From Cetorhinus maximus (lineage: Eukaryota), in contig NW_027597739.1 of NCBI RefSeq assembly GCF_964194155.1, positions 1 through 64,000 on the forward strand: DNA of 64,000 bases, in the 5' to 3' direction. A program made the position numbers and the translations under genes. The notes under the pieces are model-generated. The model was not told where the DNA came from and ran no database searches. It saw only the letters and a program-made list of their open reading frames with translations. Shown here one piece after another: positions 12,590-24,835 of this stretch. The stretch's first letter is position 1, and each line of letters starts with the position of its first letter.

Positions 12590-13830
12590 AGACGTTACAC
12601 ATTGGGATCAGGCCATTAGGCCCCACCAGTCCATTTTCTGTCCATGAAAGCAAGTACTTCTCATGACATTTACCTACTTTGTCCCTGAATTCCATTTACC
12701 CCTTCTCTTTGACCTGCCTATTGAATATTAGTTTGAATGTTAATATCTGTTCTGTTTCTATCACTAACCCTGGAAATGAATTCCAACACTTCACAATTCT
12801 CTGTTTAAAGAAGCTTTTCCTTTCCTCTGTTCTCAATCTTTTGCATTCAACCTTGCATCAATGGTCCCTTATTCTTTAACTCCTCAACCACTGGAAACAG
12901 CCTGCTTCTATCTACCATCTTCCATCTTTTCCTAACTTATTTGAAAACTTTTATCATATCTTTCTGTAATTGGTGGTGTTCTTATAGAAAAAGACCCAAT
13001 TTCTCAAGTCATTCTTCACATTTGTATTCCCCCAGAGCGGGCAGTGTTTTGAGGGCATATCAAGGTTTTATATAGGCTCACGAAGGCTTGGCTTTTACGC
13101 TTTATATCTCTTGTAGATGGACTTTAGAACGACATTAGTTTTTTGTAGAGTCTTATCAACCTAAGATGTTGCTCTTAATGTTCTGTGAACCTATATCCCA
13201 AGCCCCACTGCTCTTCCACATCAGTAAATCTACTTCCATTCAGATGTAATTACTGTGTTTTTTACCAGAACATATCACCTTGCACTTGCTGACATTGAAT
13301 TTTATCAGCCACTTCTTAGCTCATTCTCAAATTATAAATGCACACAATGAGCTAAAGTGGCCTCGGTATTGAACTTTGAGGGTCAGCACTTCTAACCGCT
13401 CTGGAAAAAACAGCCCTTAACTCCAAATCTGTTTTCTCTCTGCTATTTTATTTTTATTCAGTTTGCTATCCTCCCTTTAATTCCATATCATTTAGCCTTT
13501 TTGGTAATCTCAAACGTTGTCAAAGGTTTGATGAAGTCCACGTGCACAACATGCACTGCATTTCAACCTATATGTTGCTTCCTCAAAGATTTCTCCAAGG
13601 TTTGTCAAGCATGATTGTCTCTTTTGAAATATGCGCTAGCTACTTCTATTTTCTCTTTATTTAGATATGTGCGAATTTCATCCTTGATTAGACTCTCTAA
13701 AGTTTTCCCTGCTGAATATGTTGAGCTAACTTACCTGCAATTATCTGGAAATGGTGAAACATTGGCCGCTTTCCAATTCTCTGGCACTCTTCTACACTGA
13801 ATAGAGCCCTGAACTACAATCTTGGATCTG
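12590..13830 (-). mobile_element. Old CR1-type LINE 3' fragment
   Basis: Degenerate RT remnants (for example VPENWKAANVSP) and a CR1-like 3' end, homologous to 18637-20966. Confidence 0.65.
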
Positions 13831-16559
13831 CAATTTCCTCCTTCAAATCCTGAAGGATTTGACGATGAATTCTGTGTTATTTGGCCTCCTCGAATAGTTG
13901 CTGACACCGGGTGCTTGAAATTCAAAGTCTTTCATACCCCCAGCATGGACATTTCTTGCCTTGATGAACTTAAAAATTCATGAATAAAAATAAAGGAAGA
14001 AGTGATGCTTGGGCATAGACATTCAGCTATTCCCTACGCCACAGTGCACTTGCATGTTAAAATAGAAACAATCATGTTAATTAATTTTTAAAACATTTAG
14101 GGTTACAGTATGTGACAAATCTAAATATATTAGTTTAGTTTCAGCACACCTTTTGCATCATAGATGCTATATATCTTGATATTAACCACAGTGCAATTTC
14201 TTAATTTGACAAATCTGCAGGAGAATTTAGGAAATACAGATTTGTTCTGTTTGTTTCCACAATGGAGCTTTTTTAGTTCTTTGCACTCATTGTTTATTTA
14301 GTTATTTGCATTTACTATTGAAAATTGCATTGAAATTACAATACTAGCCTCCTACTAAATGGTCAGTCCCTCAAGTCCAGGGATGTCTAGCACTCAAAAT
14401 CTGCATGTCTTATTCAGGATGGATTATGTTCTTTCTCAAATGAGTTAGCAGTTTACCTGCTCTGCCACACCTATGGAATAGAAAATTGTGATGACTTGCC
14501 ATGTCCCTGCAACATTTAATTGCATGATATTGGACTATCTATGGAAGTTGTATCTCAGCTAATCTGCACCCCTAATATCTAGCTGAGAATGTTGCCAGTA
14601 CATTGGCACTGCCTGATTGCTGTCCAACAAGGTACAAGAAGCTGATTATTGAACATCATGATACAATGACACATTGAAATTTTGCAAATTAAGTGACTGC
14701 AAAAGACAACGGAAAGTGATATCTTAGATCATGTGCAAATTGTGATGCATGGATACAAGCACCTTTAGCAGTCTGAAAATAAGTGTTTATAGCATGGTGG
14801 TGCATAACATTGGAATTTGTGTTTTTATAATATCAGAATATTCAGGAATTAGGCATCAACTCAAGATGAGTGAACAAAATTATGAAAAATTTGAAATAGA
14901 AAATTGAGCAATGAGAAGTATCAACGAGATAATTCCATTGAAAATGAAAGATAGATGAGTGCATTAATTGAACACAGCTAATTAGACATTGTTGATACAT
15001 TTACGTATATAGTGTTGTTACTGTTAGTTATAGTTAAACTCATGATATGGAGCATTCAGCCCCTTCACATTGAAGCATATTTTTTGGGAGGTGATAGGCC
15101 TTATGCAAGGAATAGGTAGAGGTAAAGTATAAAATGTTGCCATTCAAGGTCTTTCCTTTTACATTTATAGTTCAGGATTGAGTATATAGTAGTAATATGG
15201 ATTCCATAATATGTTTTGCTTCAAGAAACAGCTCCAACATAGTTGTAATTGTGGGGGATATGATTAGTCGTTTCTGGTGTTGGTGTCTGACTAGCAGAAC
15301 AGTGGATTTGGCACACAGTTCACTTTATTTTTGGTTCAAGTGAAAGAGGCCATGTTGTGTCACTTCATAGAACCATGATGCATTCTACCTGCAATAAGAA
15401 ATGCTAATCAGAAATAAGTGTAAAATATTTTGAAACAGATTGCTTAAAAACATTATGTATAAAAACAAAGTTTTGTTCATCAAAAAAACTAATGAAATGC
15501 AACTCTAGGCAATGATCAGTTGAAGAAGATACAGAAAAAGGCTTTCCTCTGCCTTCAGGTTTTCATTCAACCATGTGCAATTTCTGAAACAAGCAATTTT
15601 ATATTGTTTGACAGATAAAATCAATAGCAGGGAAAATGCATTAACCTCATGATTTCCAAAGTATTTCGTATTTGTTGCAATTTTCATTTCTTTGTTCATC
15701 ACTAAATTGATTTAAGAAATACAGAGGTATTACTTTCACAGGGCACAAATTTTTCAAGTCCATAGTAACATTTCTGCTAAAATCTGAACAAAGTGATGTT
15801 ATGTTACAATAAATACACTAAATAGCAGTAACTGTGCATTCTCTCAACAATTAATAGCATAGAGGTATTCTTTAAAAAAGAAGACAAATAATTCCTATAA
15901 CTACTCAGTCTTGTGTGTGACCTGTAAATGATTAGGTAATATTCACACACATGAATAGACTTGCTTGATATGTTACCTTCTTTAAATGAAAATCCAATTT
16001 TGAGAGTGCAATAAATTGGATTCCTGGCACACACACACACTTCAGAGTCATTTATTTTATATTTAAAACCACTCTGACTGCTAATGTAATTTGCTTTGTT
16101 GGGGGAAAAAAAACTCATGTTCCAAAGAACTGCTGACATATGGATCCATCATATGATTTTAGTTTTTACAATTGTTGATCTCGTGATATGAAAGCTTGTG
16201 TCCTTAAATCATAGGTTTAATATTCCAAAGCCTACCATGTTTCTTTCATTGCATTCTTCTTAGATAATTGTTCTCGGTAAGTTGCAATGTTCATTTAATT
16301 TTTGTTTAATTTTCAAAGATTTTGCAGGAACCTTCATATAGCCCATTTCCATTGAATAGATTATCTTGCCTTGTCAACATAGCATTCTAATGTTCCTGAG
16401 ATAACAATGGTTAAATTTTGAGTTCATGCTTTATGTTAAAACAGTTGTATCATACAGAATCTTTCATGCCGGAAACTACATGCTATTGCTGCTATAGGTG
16501 GTAAGATTAAGTTTTATAATAAAATTTTGTGAAATGGGCTCTGCAGCCAAATCACAAGA

Positions 16560-17099
16560 CAAGCATGTACTGCCAGCAAGGCATGAGAGGGAGGCGGGGG
16601 TGTGCACAAGGTGCAAAATACCAAGGCCTCTGCTCTCTGGGAGCCCGGGCTCAATTGTCAGCTTTTGCGTTTGTGTTTATCCCTCCATCTCAAGTGGCCA
16701 CCTCAAGCCTCAATTTGCTCCCGAACAAGCACGCGGTGGGCGGAAGGTCAGATTGTCTTGGAGTGAGAGCCCAAGTCTGTCTGGCCATTTGTTTTGACAG
16801 GTTTTGACTGGTGATGTCTGCACTCTTATCCTCCCGTGCAGGCACCGGCACACTAAAGGACTACAGGAGTCGCCCTCACATCAAGATGGCGGAACGGGCC
16901 GGGAAGGCCAGGAGGAGCGGCGGCTGCAGCAACAGCGAAGCCTGGGGCAGCTGGAGTGTTAGACAGGATGGGGAAGAAGCACGTCTTGTCACCTTCATAG
17001 CTGTCCTGAATTCCTCCTCAGCGATATTAATCTCCAAACATCCCGGGGGGTATGAGGGAGTGAAAATGAACCCCGAGACTGGGGGTGAGCCGGACACGC
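16560..17099 (+). promoter_or_regulatory. GC/CpG-enriched candidate internal promoter and 5'UTR
   Basis: Sharp shift from AT-rich intron to GC-rich sequence that retains CpGs and has no counterpart among the repeats seen here. YY1-type motif CAAGATGGCGG at 16882-16892, followed by a 5' splice site at 17309. Confidence 0.5.
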
Positions 17100-17308
17100 A
17101 TGCACAGACAGAAGCTGCTTTGTGCAGGGACACACACACACCCATCCCGCCATTCTTCTTCCTCCTCCCTTACCAAAAACCTATCCACACCATGGGCCAG
17201 GAGAGGAGGAAAAATCAGGCTGAAAGGCAACCTGCTTTCCGACCCCCACTTTCAAATGAATTCCGCCAAGGCCAGCTCGGAATATGCGCCACCAGAGGTG
17301 AATGCGAG
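17100..17308 (+). CDS. Candidate alternative first coding exon of the BRSK gene
   Basis: ATG 17100 (or in-frame ATG 17256, MNSAKASSEYAPPEVNA) is open to the donor AG|GTCAGT at 17308/17309 in phase 2, the same phase in which the 9688-9773 exon ends. Confidence 0.4.
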
Positions 17309-18636
17309 GTCAGTATTAGTTAAGCTCAATTCCTTAGCTCGGCCCAGGTCCTCTCCTCCTTCCCTGGTGACCAGGGCTTGGGGCTTAGTCTGCCTCCCTC
17401 TAGATCTGCTTCTGGAGCAAAAATGTAGAAAAGATTTTATTAGTTAGCTTTGCTGCTTGGCACTTTTTAATGACCAGTTTCATTAATTACTTATGTTTTT
17501 AAATTATCAATTGATTTGACATTGGCTGGAATTTTCCAGCTCCGTTGGCGTCAGGCGTCATGGCAGGCAGGCGGGGGTGGGATAATATGGCGAGAAGGAC
17601 AAAAATCGGATTCACGCTAGCGTGAAAGCACAGCGGGATGATCTGATGGTGTCTGCCATGGCGGAACGCCAATCCCACCTGAGTAAGGCCCGACCAGAAT
17701 TGTTCCACCATGCCAGATTTACCATTATGCCAGTGGGAAAACACACCAGCTGAGAACATGTCTGGACAAGTGTGACGTGCAGAAATCAGGATTTACTGTT
17801 GGGGCCTTGCTCAGATTGTGGACATCCGAGGGGTAGAAGATGCTGAAGCCTGACAGCTTTCGGGCCCTGGAGAAACACGTGTATCACATGCTGGGTGGAT
17901 TCTCAAGGACATGGCTCCGCGGCGAAGCAGCTCACGGGAGGTCTCCGTTGATGCCTCGGGTCTGCTTCAGAATGTCACGGTTTTGGCCATGGGCCGCTAC
18001 AGAGGATTGGCATGAGGGGAAGCTCCTGCTGTCAGTGGGGGGGACGAAGGTGTTGGGGTAGTGAGGTTGGGAGGGGGACGAGGGAGCATGGGGGAGGAGG
18101 GTGTACGGGGGAGAATGTGGCAAGTGGGGAGGTAGGTGTAAGGGAAGGAATTCAGAAGGGGGAAGGTGTTTGGAAAGGGGAAGGAGTCCAAGGGGAGGAA
18201 GGCATCCGGGGGTGGAGGAGGGAGTAAGGGGTGGGGGATGTCCAGGTGAACGTGCAAGGGAGAGATCTGTGGAGTCAATGACTGCCTCTGAGGAGTGAAC
18301 TGCATGGTTTGGAAGGAATGTTGAGTATGACAGGAAGCAGGGTGAGCCAGAAGGATGGGAGGTGAGAGTGTGTAGGGAGCGGTAGAAGGGGTAGTGAGGG
18401 TGGTTGGTGGGGACTCAGAGGCAGACACGGACCTTAGGGGTGGAAAGGAGGAGATCGGGGAGGTCAATGTAGATGGGGGTGGGATTCTCAGGAAGGTAGG
18501 GAGTGTCCATGTTCATCTGAACATCCTGGAAAGGAGAAGGTTCTGGTTGCTAGGTGACGGTGGGGAGGTGGAAGATGATGCCAGTGGGGTCAACAGCAAT
18601 GGGGGTAAGGACATGGCTGACTGGGATAGGGGAAGA

Positions 18637-20966
18637 CCATAAGACGTAGAAGCAGAAGTAGGCCATTCAGCCCATCGAGTCTGCTCCACCATTCGATGAG
18701 ATCATGGCTGATCTGATAATCCTCAACTCCACTTTCCTGCCTTTTCCCCATAACTCTTGATTCCCTTACTGATTAAAAATGTGTCTATCTCAGCCTTGAA
18801 TATACTTAATGGCCCAGCCTCTACATCCCTCTGCGGTAAAGAATTTCACAGGTTCACTACCCTCCTCCTCATCTCTGTTTTAAATGGGCGACCCCTTACT
18901 CTGAGATTATGCCCTCTGGTCCTAGACTCTCCCACAAAGGGAAACAACCTTTCAGCATCTCCCAGTCAAGTCCCCTAAGAATCTTATGGCTGAATTTTTC
19001 AGGCGGATGGCGGGCTTGGCGAGAGCAGACAGGGTGGTCGCGGAGCCGATCGCTGCCCGAGATCATCTGCGCGCCACTGTTTTATGCCGCTGGGCCAATT
19101 AAGGCGCGCCCAGTGTAACACTCGACCAGTAGCACTCGACGCTACCTGTGCGGCGGAGGGAGGAAGGAGAGTCGGGGCCAGCGCGTGAAAGAGCCCTTCA
19201 ATCTCCCTGAGGCACGGAGCCGCCTCAGGGAGATTGAATGGATATTGAAATAATTAAATAAACGGATCAAAAATTTATTTAAACACGTCCCCTCATGTGA
19301 CATGTTTTTATTTTTAGTGAAAAGTTTTTATTTATTTAATAAAAGCATTAGGAAACCCCATCCCGCTCGTGGATGAGGTTTCCTAAAAAACGTGAAGGCC
19401 GCTTGCACTTTTTGCCTGCCCGCCAACCTTAAGGTTGGATGGGCAGCAAAAACAATCATAATTACTTTCTTAATGGCCTTAATAGGCCCTTAACATTTCG
19501 GTGGGCGTGCAGCCAACTCGCATCGACGTGTCGGACCCAATTCTGCATGCCGCCTGTAAAGTCCTGTCCTATATATTTCAATAAGGCTGCCTCTCATTCT
19601 TCTAAACTCCAATGAGTACAGGCCCAACCCACTCAACCTCTCCTCATAAGAAAATCCCTCCATCCCTGGGATCAACCTATGAACCTTCTCTGGACTGCCT
19701 CCAATGTCAGTATATCTTCCTTTAGATAAGGGGACCAAATTGTTCACAGTATTCTAGGTGTGGTCTAACTAGTGCCTTGTATAGTTTTAGCAAGACTTCC
19801 CTATTTTTATACTCCATTCTCTTTGAAATAAAGGCCAACATTCCATTTGCCTTTCCTATTACCTGCTGAACTTGTATACTAGCTTTTTGGGATTCATGCA
19901 TGAGGACCCCCAAATCCCTCTGTGCTGCAGCTTTCTGCAGTCTTTCTCCATTTAAATACTATTCAGCTCCTCTATTCTTCCTGCCAAAGTGCATAACCTC
20001 ACACTTTCCCACATTATATTCCATCTGCCAAGTTTTTGCCCACTCACTTAACCTGTCTATATCCTTCAGTAGACTCTCTGTGTCCTCCTCACCACTTGCC
20101 TTCCCACTTATTTTTGTGTCACCCGCAAACTTGGCAATAGTACATTCATTTCCCTCATCCAAGTCATTAATATATATTGTAAATAATTGTGGCCCCAGCA
20201 CTGATCCCTGTGGCACTCCACTAGTTCCAGGCTGCCATCCTGAAAATGTCCCCCCCTTATCCCAACTCTCTGTCATCTATTAGTTAGCCAATCCTCTATC
20301 CATGCTAATATACTACCCCCAACACCTTGGGCTCTTATCTTATTGAACGCCTTTTGGAAATCCAAATATATTACATCCACTGGTTCCCTTTATCTATCCT
20401 GCTTGCTACCTTCTCAAGGAATTCTAATAAATTTGTCAGGCATTTCCCCTTCATGAAGCCATGTTTACTCTGTTTGATTATATTATGCATTTCTAAATGC
20501 TCTGCTATTACATCCTTTATAATAGACTCCAACATTTTCCTAATGACGGATGTTAAGCTAACTGGCCAATAGTTACCTGTTTTTTGTCTTCCTCCCTTTT
20601 TGAATAAGAATGTTACATTGGCAGTTTTCCAATCCTCTGGGACTTTTCCAGAATCTAAGGATTTTTGGAAGATTATTACCAGCGCATTCACTATCTCTGC
20701 AGCTACTTCCTTTAATATCCAAGGATGCAACCTATCAGGTCCAGGGGACTTATCGACCTTTAGCCCCATTAGTTTTCCTAGTATTTTTTCTCTGGTGATA
20801 GTTATTGTATTTATTTCCTTCCCCTCTTTTGCCCCTTGATTATTTTGTATTTTTGGTATGAAATTAGTGTCTTCTACCGTGAAGACTGATATGAAGTATT
20901 TATTCAACTCCTCTGCCATTTCCTGGTTCCCCATTATTATTTCCCTAGCCTCATTCTCTAAGGGGC
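18637..20966 (-). mobile_element. CR1 LINE, 5'-truncated, RT-domain pseudogene
   Basis: ORF pieces KSPGPD, WKTANVT..FKKG, SGVPQGSVLGPQLFTIYINDL, KFAGDTK and LYKALVRPHLEYC, plus a CR1-type 3' tail at about 18640-18700. Confidence 0.9.
18988..19569. mobile_element. Harbinger-type MITE inserted in CR1
   Basis: Termini GGCTGAATTTT...GTAAAGTCCTGTCC with TAT on both sides. The CR1 sequence resumes across it. Confidence 0.8.
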
Positions 20967-21303
20967 CTAAAGACTGCCATGGCTGTCAAAATTGAAAGCG
21001 CCGGAGCCTCGTGTTGGACAGGCACAGGTGCTACATGGGAATGCAGTCAGCGGGTGGGCAGAGATGCAGGTCAGCTCAGATGGACAACTGAAAGAGGACC
21101 CCAGCAGGCAGCATTGAAAATGCTTGGGACAGTAGGATGAGTGTGATGGATGAAGGTGGGAGAGTGCTTGCACAAGGCTCCGAAAGGCCCTGCCACACAC
21201 GCTTCTCCCTCCAGAATTACTTGTGGTCCAGCTGCGTGCAGTGGAACTGCTAATGGATGGGCGGGGGGGTGGGGTGGGGGGGATGGATGTGGTGGGTGGT
21301 GGT

Positions 21304-21537
21304 GGAGGGATGCAGTCTGTAAATAGAGTCACGAAGTCTGTAAATAGAGCTGAAAGACAACATTACACATTATTCAGTGGGAGTGAATATATTTTCAGAC
21401 TGTAAAGTGACAAAATGTGTGGAGGGATGCAGTCTGTAAATAGAGTCACGAAGTCTGTAAATAGAGCTGAAAGACAACATTACACATTATTCAGTGGGAG
21501 TGAATATATTTTCAGACTGTAAAGTGACAAAATGTGT
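21304..21537. repeat. Perfect 117-bp tandem duplication
   Basis: 21304-21420 reads the same as 21421-21537. Confidence 0.9.
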
Positions 21538-21569
21538 TCACCTGTGCAACCACTTCTGATCAGAATTTC

Positions 21570-23189
21570 TTAACTTTTCTAGGACTACAACTTCTAGGTG
21601 CTGCCTGGACATCTGCAGCCCTGTTGCCTCTGATGAAGTCCTCTGGAGAGCTGAGCCCTTGAGGGCCCCGGCTTGCTTTGGCTGTCCTCCTGTGTTCCAG
21701 CTGCTCCCTCTGCGGCGACAGAGGACGAGGTTGAGGGGGGGTCATAGGCAAAGAGGACTTGGAGGGAGATCCCTGAGTGGATGACCCAGGGGTGTCCAGC
21801 TGTTGCTCCTACTCCCTTTGGGTGCCTGAGGGCCCCAGCCTGACTCCTTGAGGGGAAGGAGCACCTTGAGGGACGTCGAGATGCCCCGTTTTTCTCTCGC
21901 AGGAGCTCACCCATGGCTACCGTGATGGAGTGCAGGTCTGCGCACATCTCCGCGTTCTACTGGACCAGGATCTCCATGGCAGCTGCCATAATTCCCATGG
22001 AGATGTGCGTACATGCACATGTGGGTACCACTTCATCAGAGAGCAGGCGGACGTGCTCCTCTGACATGTGTGCCACTCTACTGATGACTTTCAACAGCTC
22101 TGCGTGATGTTACCTGCCTTGCGCTAACTCTCCAGGATGAGTTGGAAGGCTGAATCCAGAGGGTCGTCATCTGATTTGAACCTCACAGATGCCTCTTCCC
22201 CAGCAGTCCTCCGAGTGCTGGGGAGCTCAGCTGAACCCGCCTCCTGCTGCTGCGGACACATGCGGTGACCACCAGATTGTGAGCCCGAGCCTGCTCTAAA
22301 TCTAGGTCCCACCGAGGTATGTGTCTCTGCACTGGTGGAGGATGTGGTAAGCGCTGTGACAGGTCTTCCAAGCTGCTTATTTTCAGCTCTTTAATGGAGG
22401 TGGTGTCCTCTTGGCTGAAGATGAGGACCTGGATGGAGCTGAGGGATTGGCTAGCTGAGGGTGTCACTGTGAACCATAGTAGAGATGTTTAGTGCATGGC
22501 AGCAGAGTCACAGGCAGGAGAGAGAGCGCTCACAGTTGGGCTGAGAGAGGGCTGATGTGGTGCAGGATCCTTACGCGGGTATTTGCCACTGACCTCAGTG
22601 TCACCGTAGACAGGGTCCACGTCCTCACTAGTCAGCACGATAGCACACTCCTCAAAGTGAGTGAGGGATCTAATATGGGCCACTCCACCCCCAGTCTGGG
22701 ACCTCTCCCTGCTGCTGTAAGCCAGCTTCTCTTGCATGAAAACAGATGGAGAGAGTGTGAGCAGGATGCATGGCACTGCATGGAATGTTTGGTGAGCGGA
22801 GCCATGTACATGATGGACATGAGCTCCAGAGCCTGATGGAAATGTGAGGGTGTGTGTGAGAATTAGTGGTGTTGTCCCTTGAGGTATGAGATCCCTGTGG
22901 ATGTGTGATGGGTTTGTGAGTGTGTGAGTTGAGAGTGATGAGGTGGTTGACTTACCCTGGTAGAGCATTCATCCTCTTCCTGCATTCGATGGCTGACCTC
23001 CTCAGTGCTCTGGTGGTGCTGACTGCCGCTACCACTGCCTCCCAGGCTGGATTGGTGACTCTGGTGGACCTCCTGTGACCAGAGCGTGAGGTAGAGGACA
23101 TTGCGGCAGCCTTCCACTGTGTCCAGCAGGCGCCGCAGAGAGGCGTCCCTAAATTTGGGGGCTGCCGTCTTCTTTGCTTTTGAGGTCAT
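21570..23189 (-). pseudogene. Harbinger Myb/SANT-like (NAIF1/MSANTD-type) DNA-binding protein, spliced and frameshifted
   Basis: Exon 1 MTSKAKKTAAPKFRDASLRRLLDTVE... ends at donor AGG|GTAAGT (22955). Exon 2 reads EKLAYSSRERSQTGGGVAHIRSLTHFEE. Confidence 0.75.
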
Positions 23190-23664
23190 CTGTCACCTGG
23201 TGTAGCCGTAGTCCTTAGAGATGAAGTAGGCTGCGCTCTGGTGTGCTTTAAATATGGCACCTGGAGCGAGGAAGTGCCGAGGTCACAGCGGGGCAGGCAA
23301 ATCCAAACCCACCCGCCAGCAATCTGATGTATTTCCCATGAACGCATCATTAATGAGGTGGGACATGCCAGGAACGGGACGATACTGTGCGAAAACCCGC
23401 CATTGTGGCCGGCGGGTAGAACGTTGTTTTTTTCCGCCTGCCACTGCACTTTGTGTAAATCTGGGGACGATTCCGCCCATTGATTTTCTTTTTCGCCCAG
23501 CATGTTGTTCATGCTTTCTTATCTTAACATTGTTTTGAAATTCATATTTAATGTTGTTCCAAACCAAATCTTAGACAATGTTTCTAGCTGAAGGGGAATG
23601 AGAGGCCCACAAGAAGTCAGATTGGTTTCTGGAGGGCTGACAAAAGCAGTTATTTTAATTCCAG

Positions 23665-23865
23665 TAGAAACAGGAAGCATTGGAAATGCTCAGCACGTCT
23701 GGCAGCATCTGTGCAGAGAGAGACTGAGGTCAGTGACCCATCTTCAGATCTAGTGTGGATCGTGGACCTAACGCCTTAACTCTGTTTCTCAGGTGCTGCC
23801 TGGCTTGCTGAGTCTTTCCAGCATTTTCTGTTTATATTTCAGATTTCCAGCATCTGCAGTTCTTT
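23665..23865. repeat. Inverted pair of Penelope-type terminal repeat fragments
   Basis: TGGAAATGCTCAGCACGTCTGGCAGCATCTG and its near reverse complement CAGGTGCTGCCTGGCTTGCTGAGTCTTTCCA. Same family as 41071-41200 and 59030-59130. Confidence 0.55.
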
Positions 23866-24239
23866 TCCCTCCTATTACATGCTCCATGCTGGGCATTTGT
23901 AAGTGTGACTCATTTCAATTTAAATGAGAAACTATTTATCATTAAATGCAAAAGTGTAATTTTTCTGTTAACAAAGCCTACATGTGTGGATAGAAATAGC
24001 ACATTATTGCAGGTGAATTGGTTGGTGCTAATTTACTGGAAGGTTTTTCCATTTTTAAACTTGGAAGTGAAACCAGGAGTCATGCGCCAATAGAATATGT
24101 TTACTTTAAGATATTCTCATTTGTACATGGGATTGTTGTTAAGTCTTTTGAATGTTGCTGTCCAGATATTGCGTTGGGCCAGGTTCAAAGAAGTGGAGCT
24201 GGTGGCATAATATGAACAATCAAGTTGTGTATAGTTGTC

Positions 24240-24835
24240 TGACAAAGCCGTGACTGTAAAGTGTATCGTACTGAAAACTGAACTTTCGATGGGATTTATA
24301 AATAGAGGCATAGAGTACAAAAGCCAAGATGTTTTGCTAAACCTATATAAAACAGTTCAACTTTATTGTGACTATCGTTCCCATTTCTGGGCACTGAAGG
24401 ATGTGAAGGCTTTGTAAAGGGTTCAGAAGAGATTTATTAAAATGGCTCCAGGGATGAGGGATTACAGAGAAGCTGGGGTTGTTCTCCTTCGAGCCAAGAA
24501 GCCTGAGGGGATTTAATGGAGGTATATAAAATTATGAAGGGATTAGATAGAATAAATAGAAACTGTTTCCAATGGCTGAAGGATCGATAATCAGATGGCC
24601 CAGATTTAAGCTGATTGGCAAAAGAACCAAAGGTGACGTAAGAAAAAGCTTTTCCACAAAGAGTGGGTATGATTTGGAATGCACTCCTTGATATTGTGAT
24701 AAATTCTTAGAGAAAAAAATAGGGAAAGGGCAAGTGGATGGTTATCTGTTAGGACTGACTGGATTTTTCTTTGAAAAACTGGCACAGAATCAATGAGTTG
24801 AATGGTCTCCTTCTGTGGTGCATGATTCTATTCTC
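24240..24835 (+). mobile_element. CR1 LINE 3' fragment
   Basis: Translates GFINRGIEYKSQDVLLNLYKT and ends with a CR1-type tail (GAATGGTCTCCTTCTGTG...GATTCTAT). Confidence 0.75.

Larger units (their letters stand above)
17524..23478 (+). mobile_element. Non-autonomous Harbinger element (transposase lost, Myb/SANT gene kept) with nested CR1 and MITE
   Basis: Left end GGCTGGAATTTTCCAG is homologous to 32755, and right end GACGATTCCGCCC is homologous to 37310. A 3-bp ATT flanks both sides (17521-17523 and 23479-23481). Confidence 0.7.

Noticed and set aside
16811-17323. 170-aa ORF as a stand-alone single-exon gene
   Set aside because: No recognisable domain, and it runs through a good splice donor. 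It is treated as part of the candidate first exon instead.
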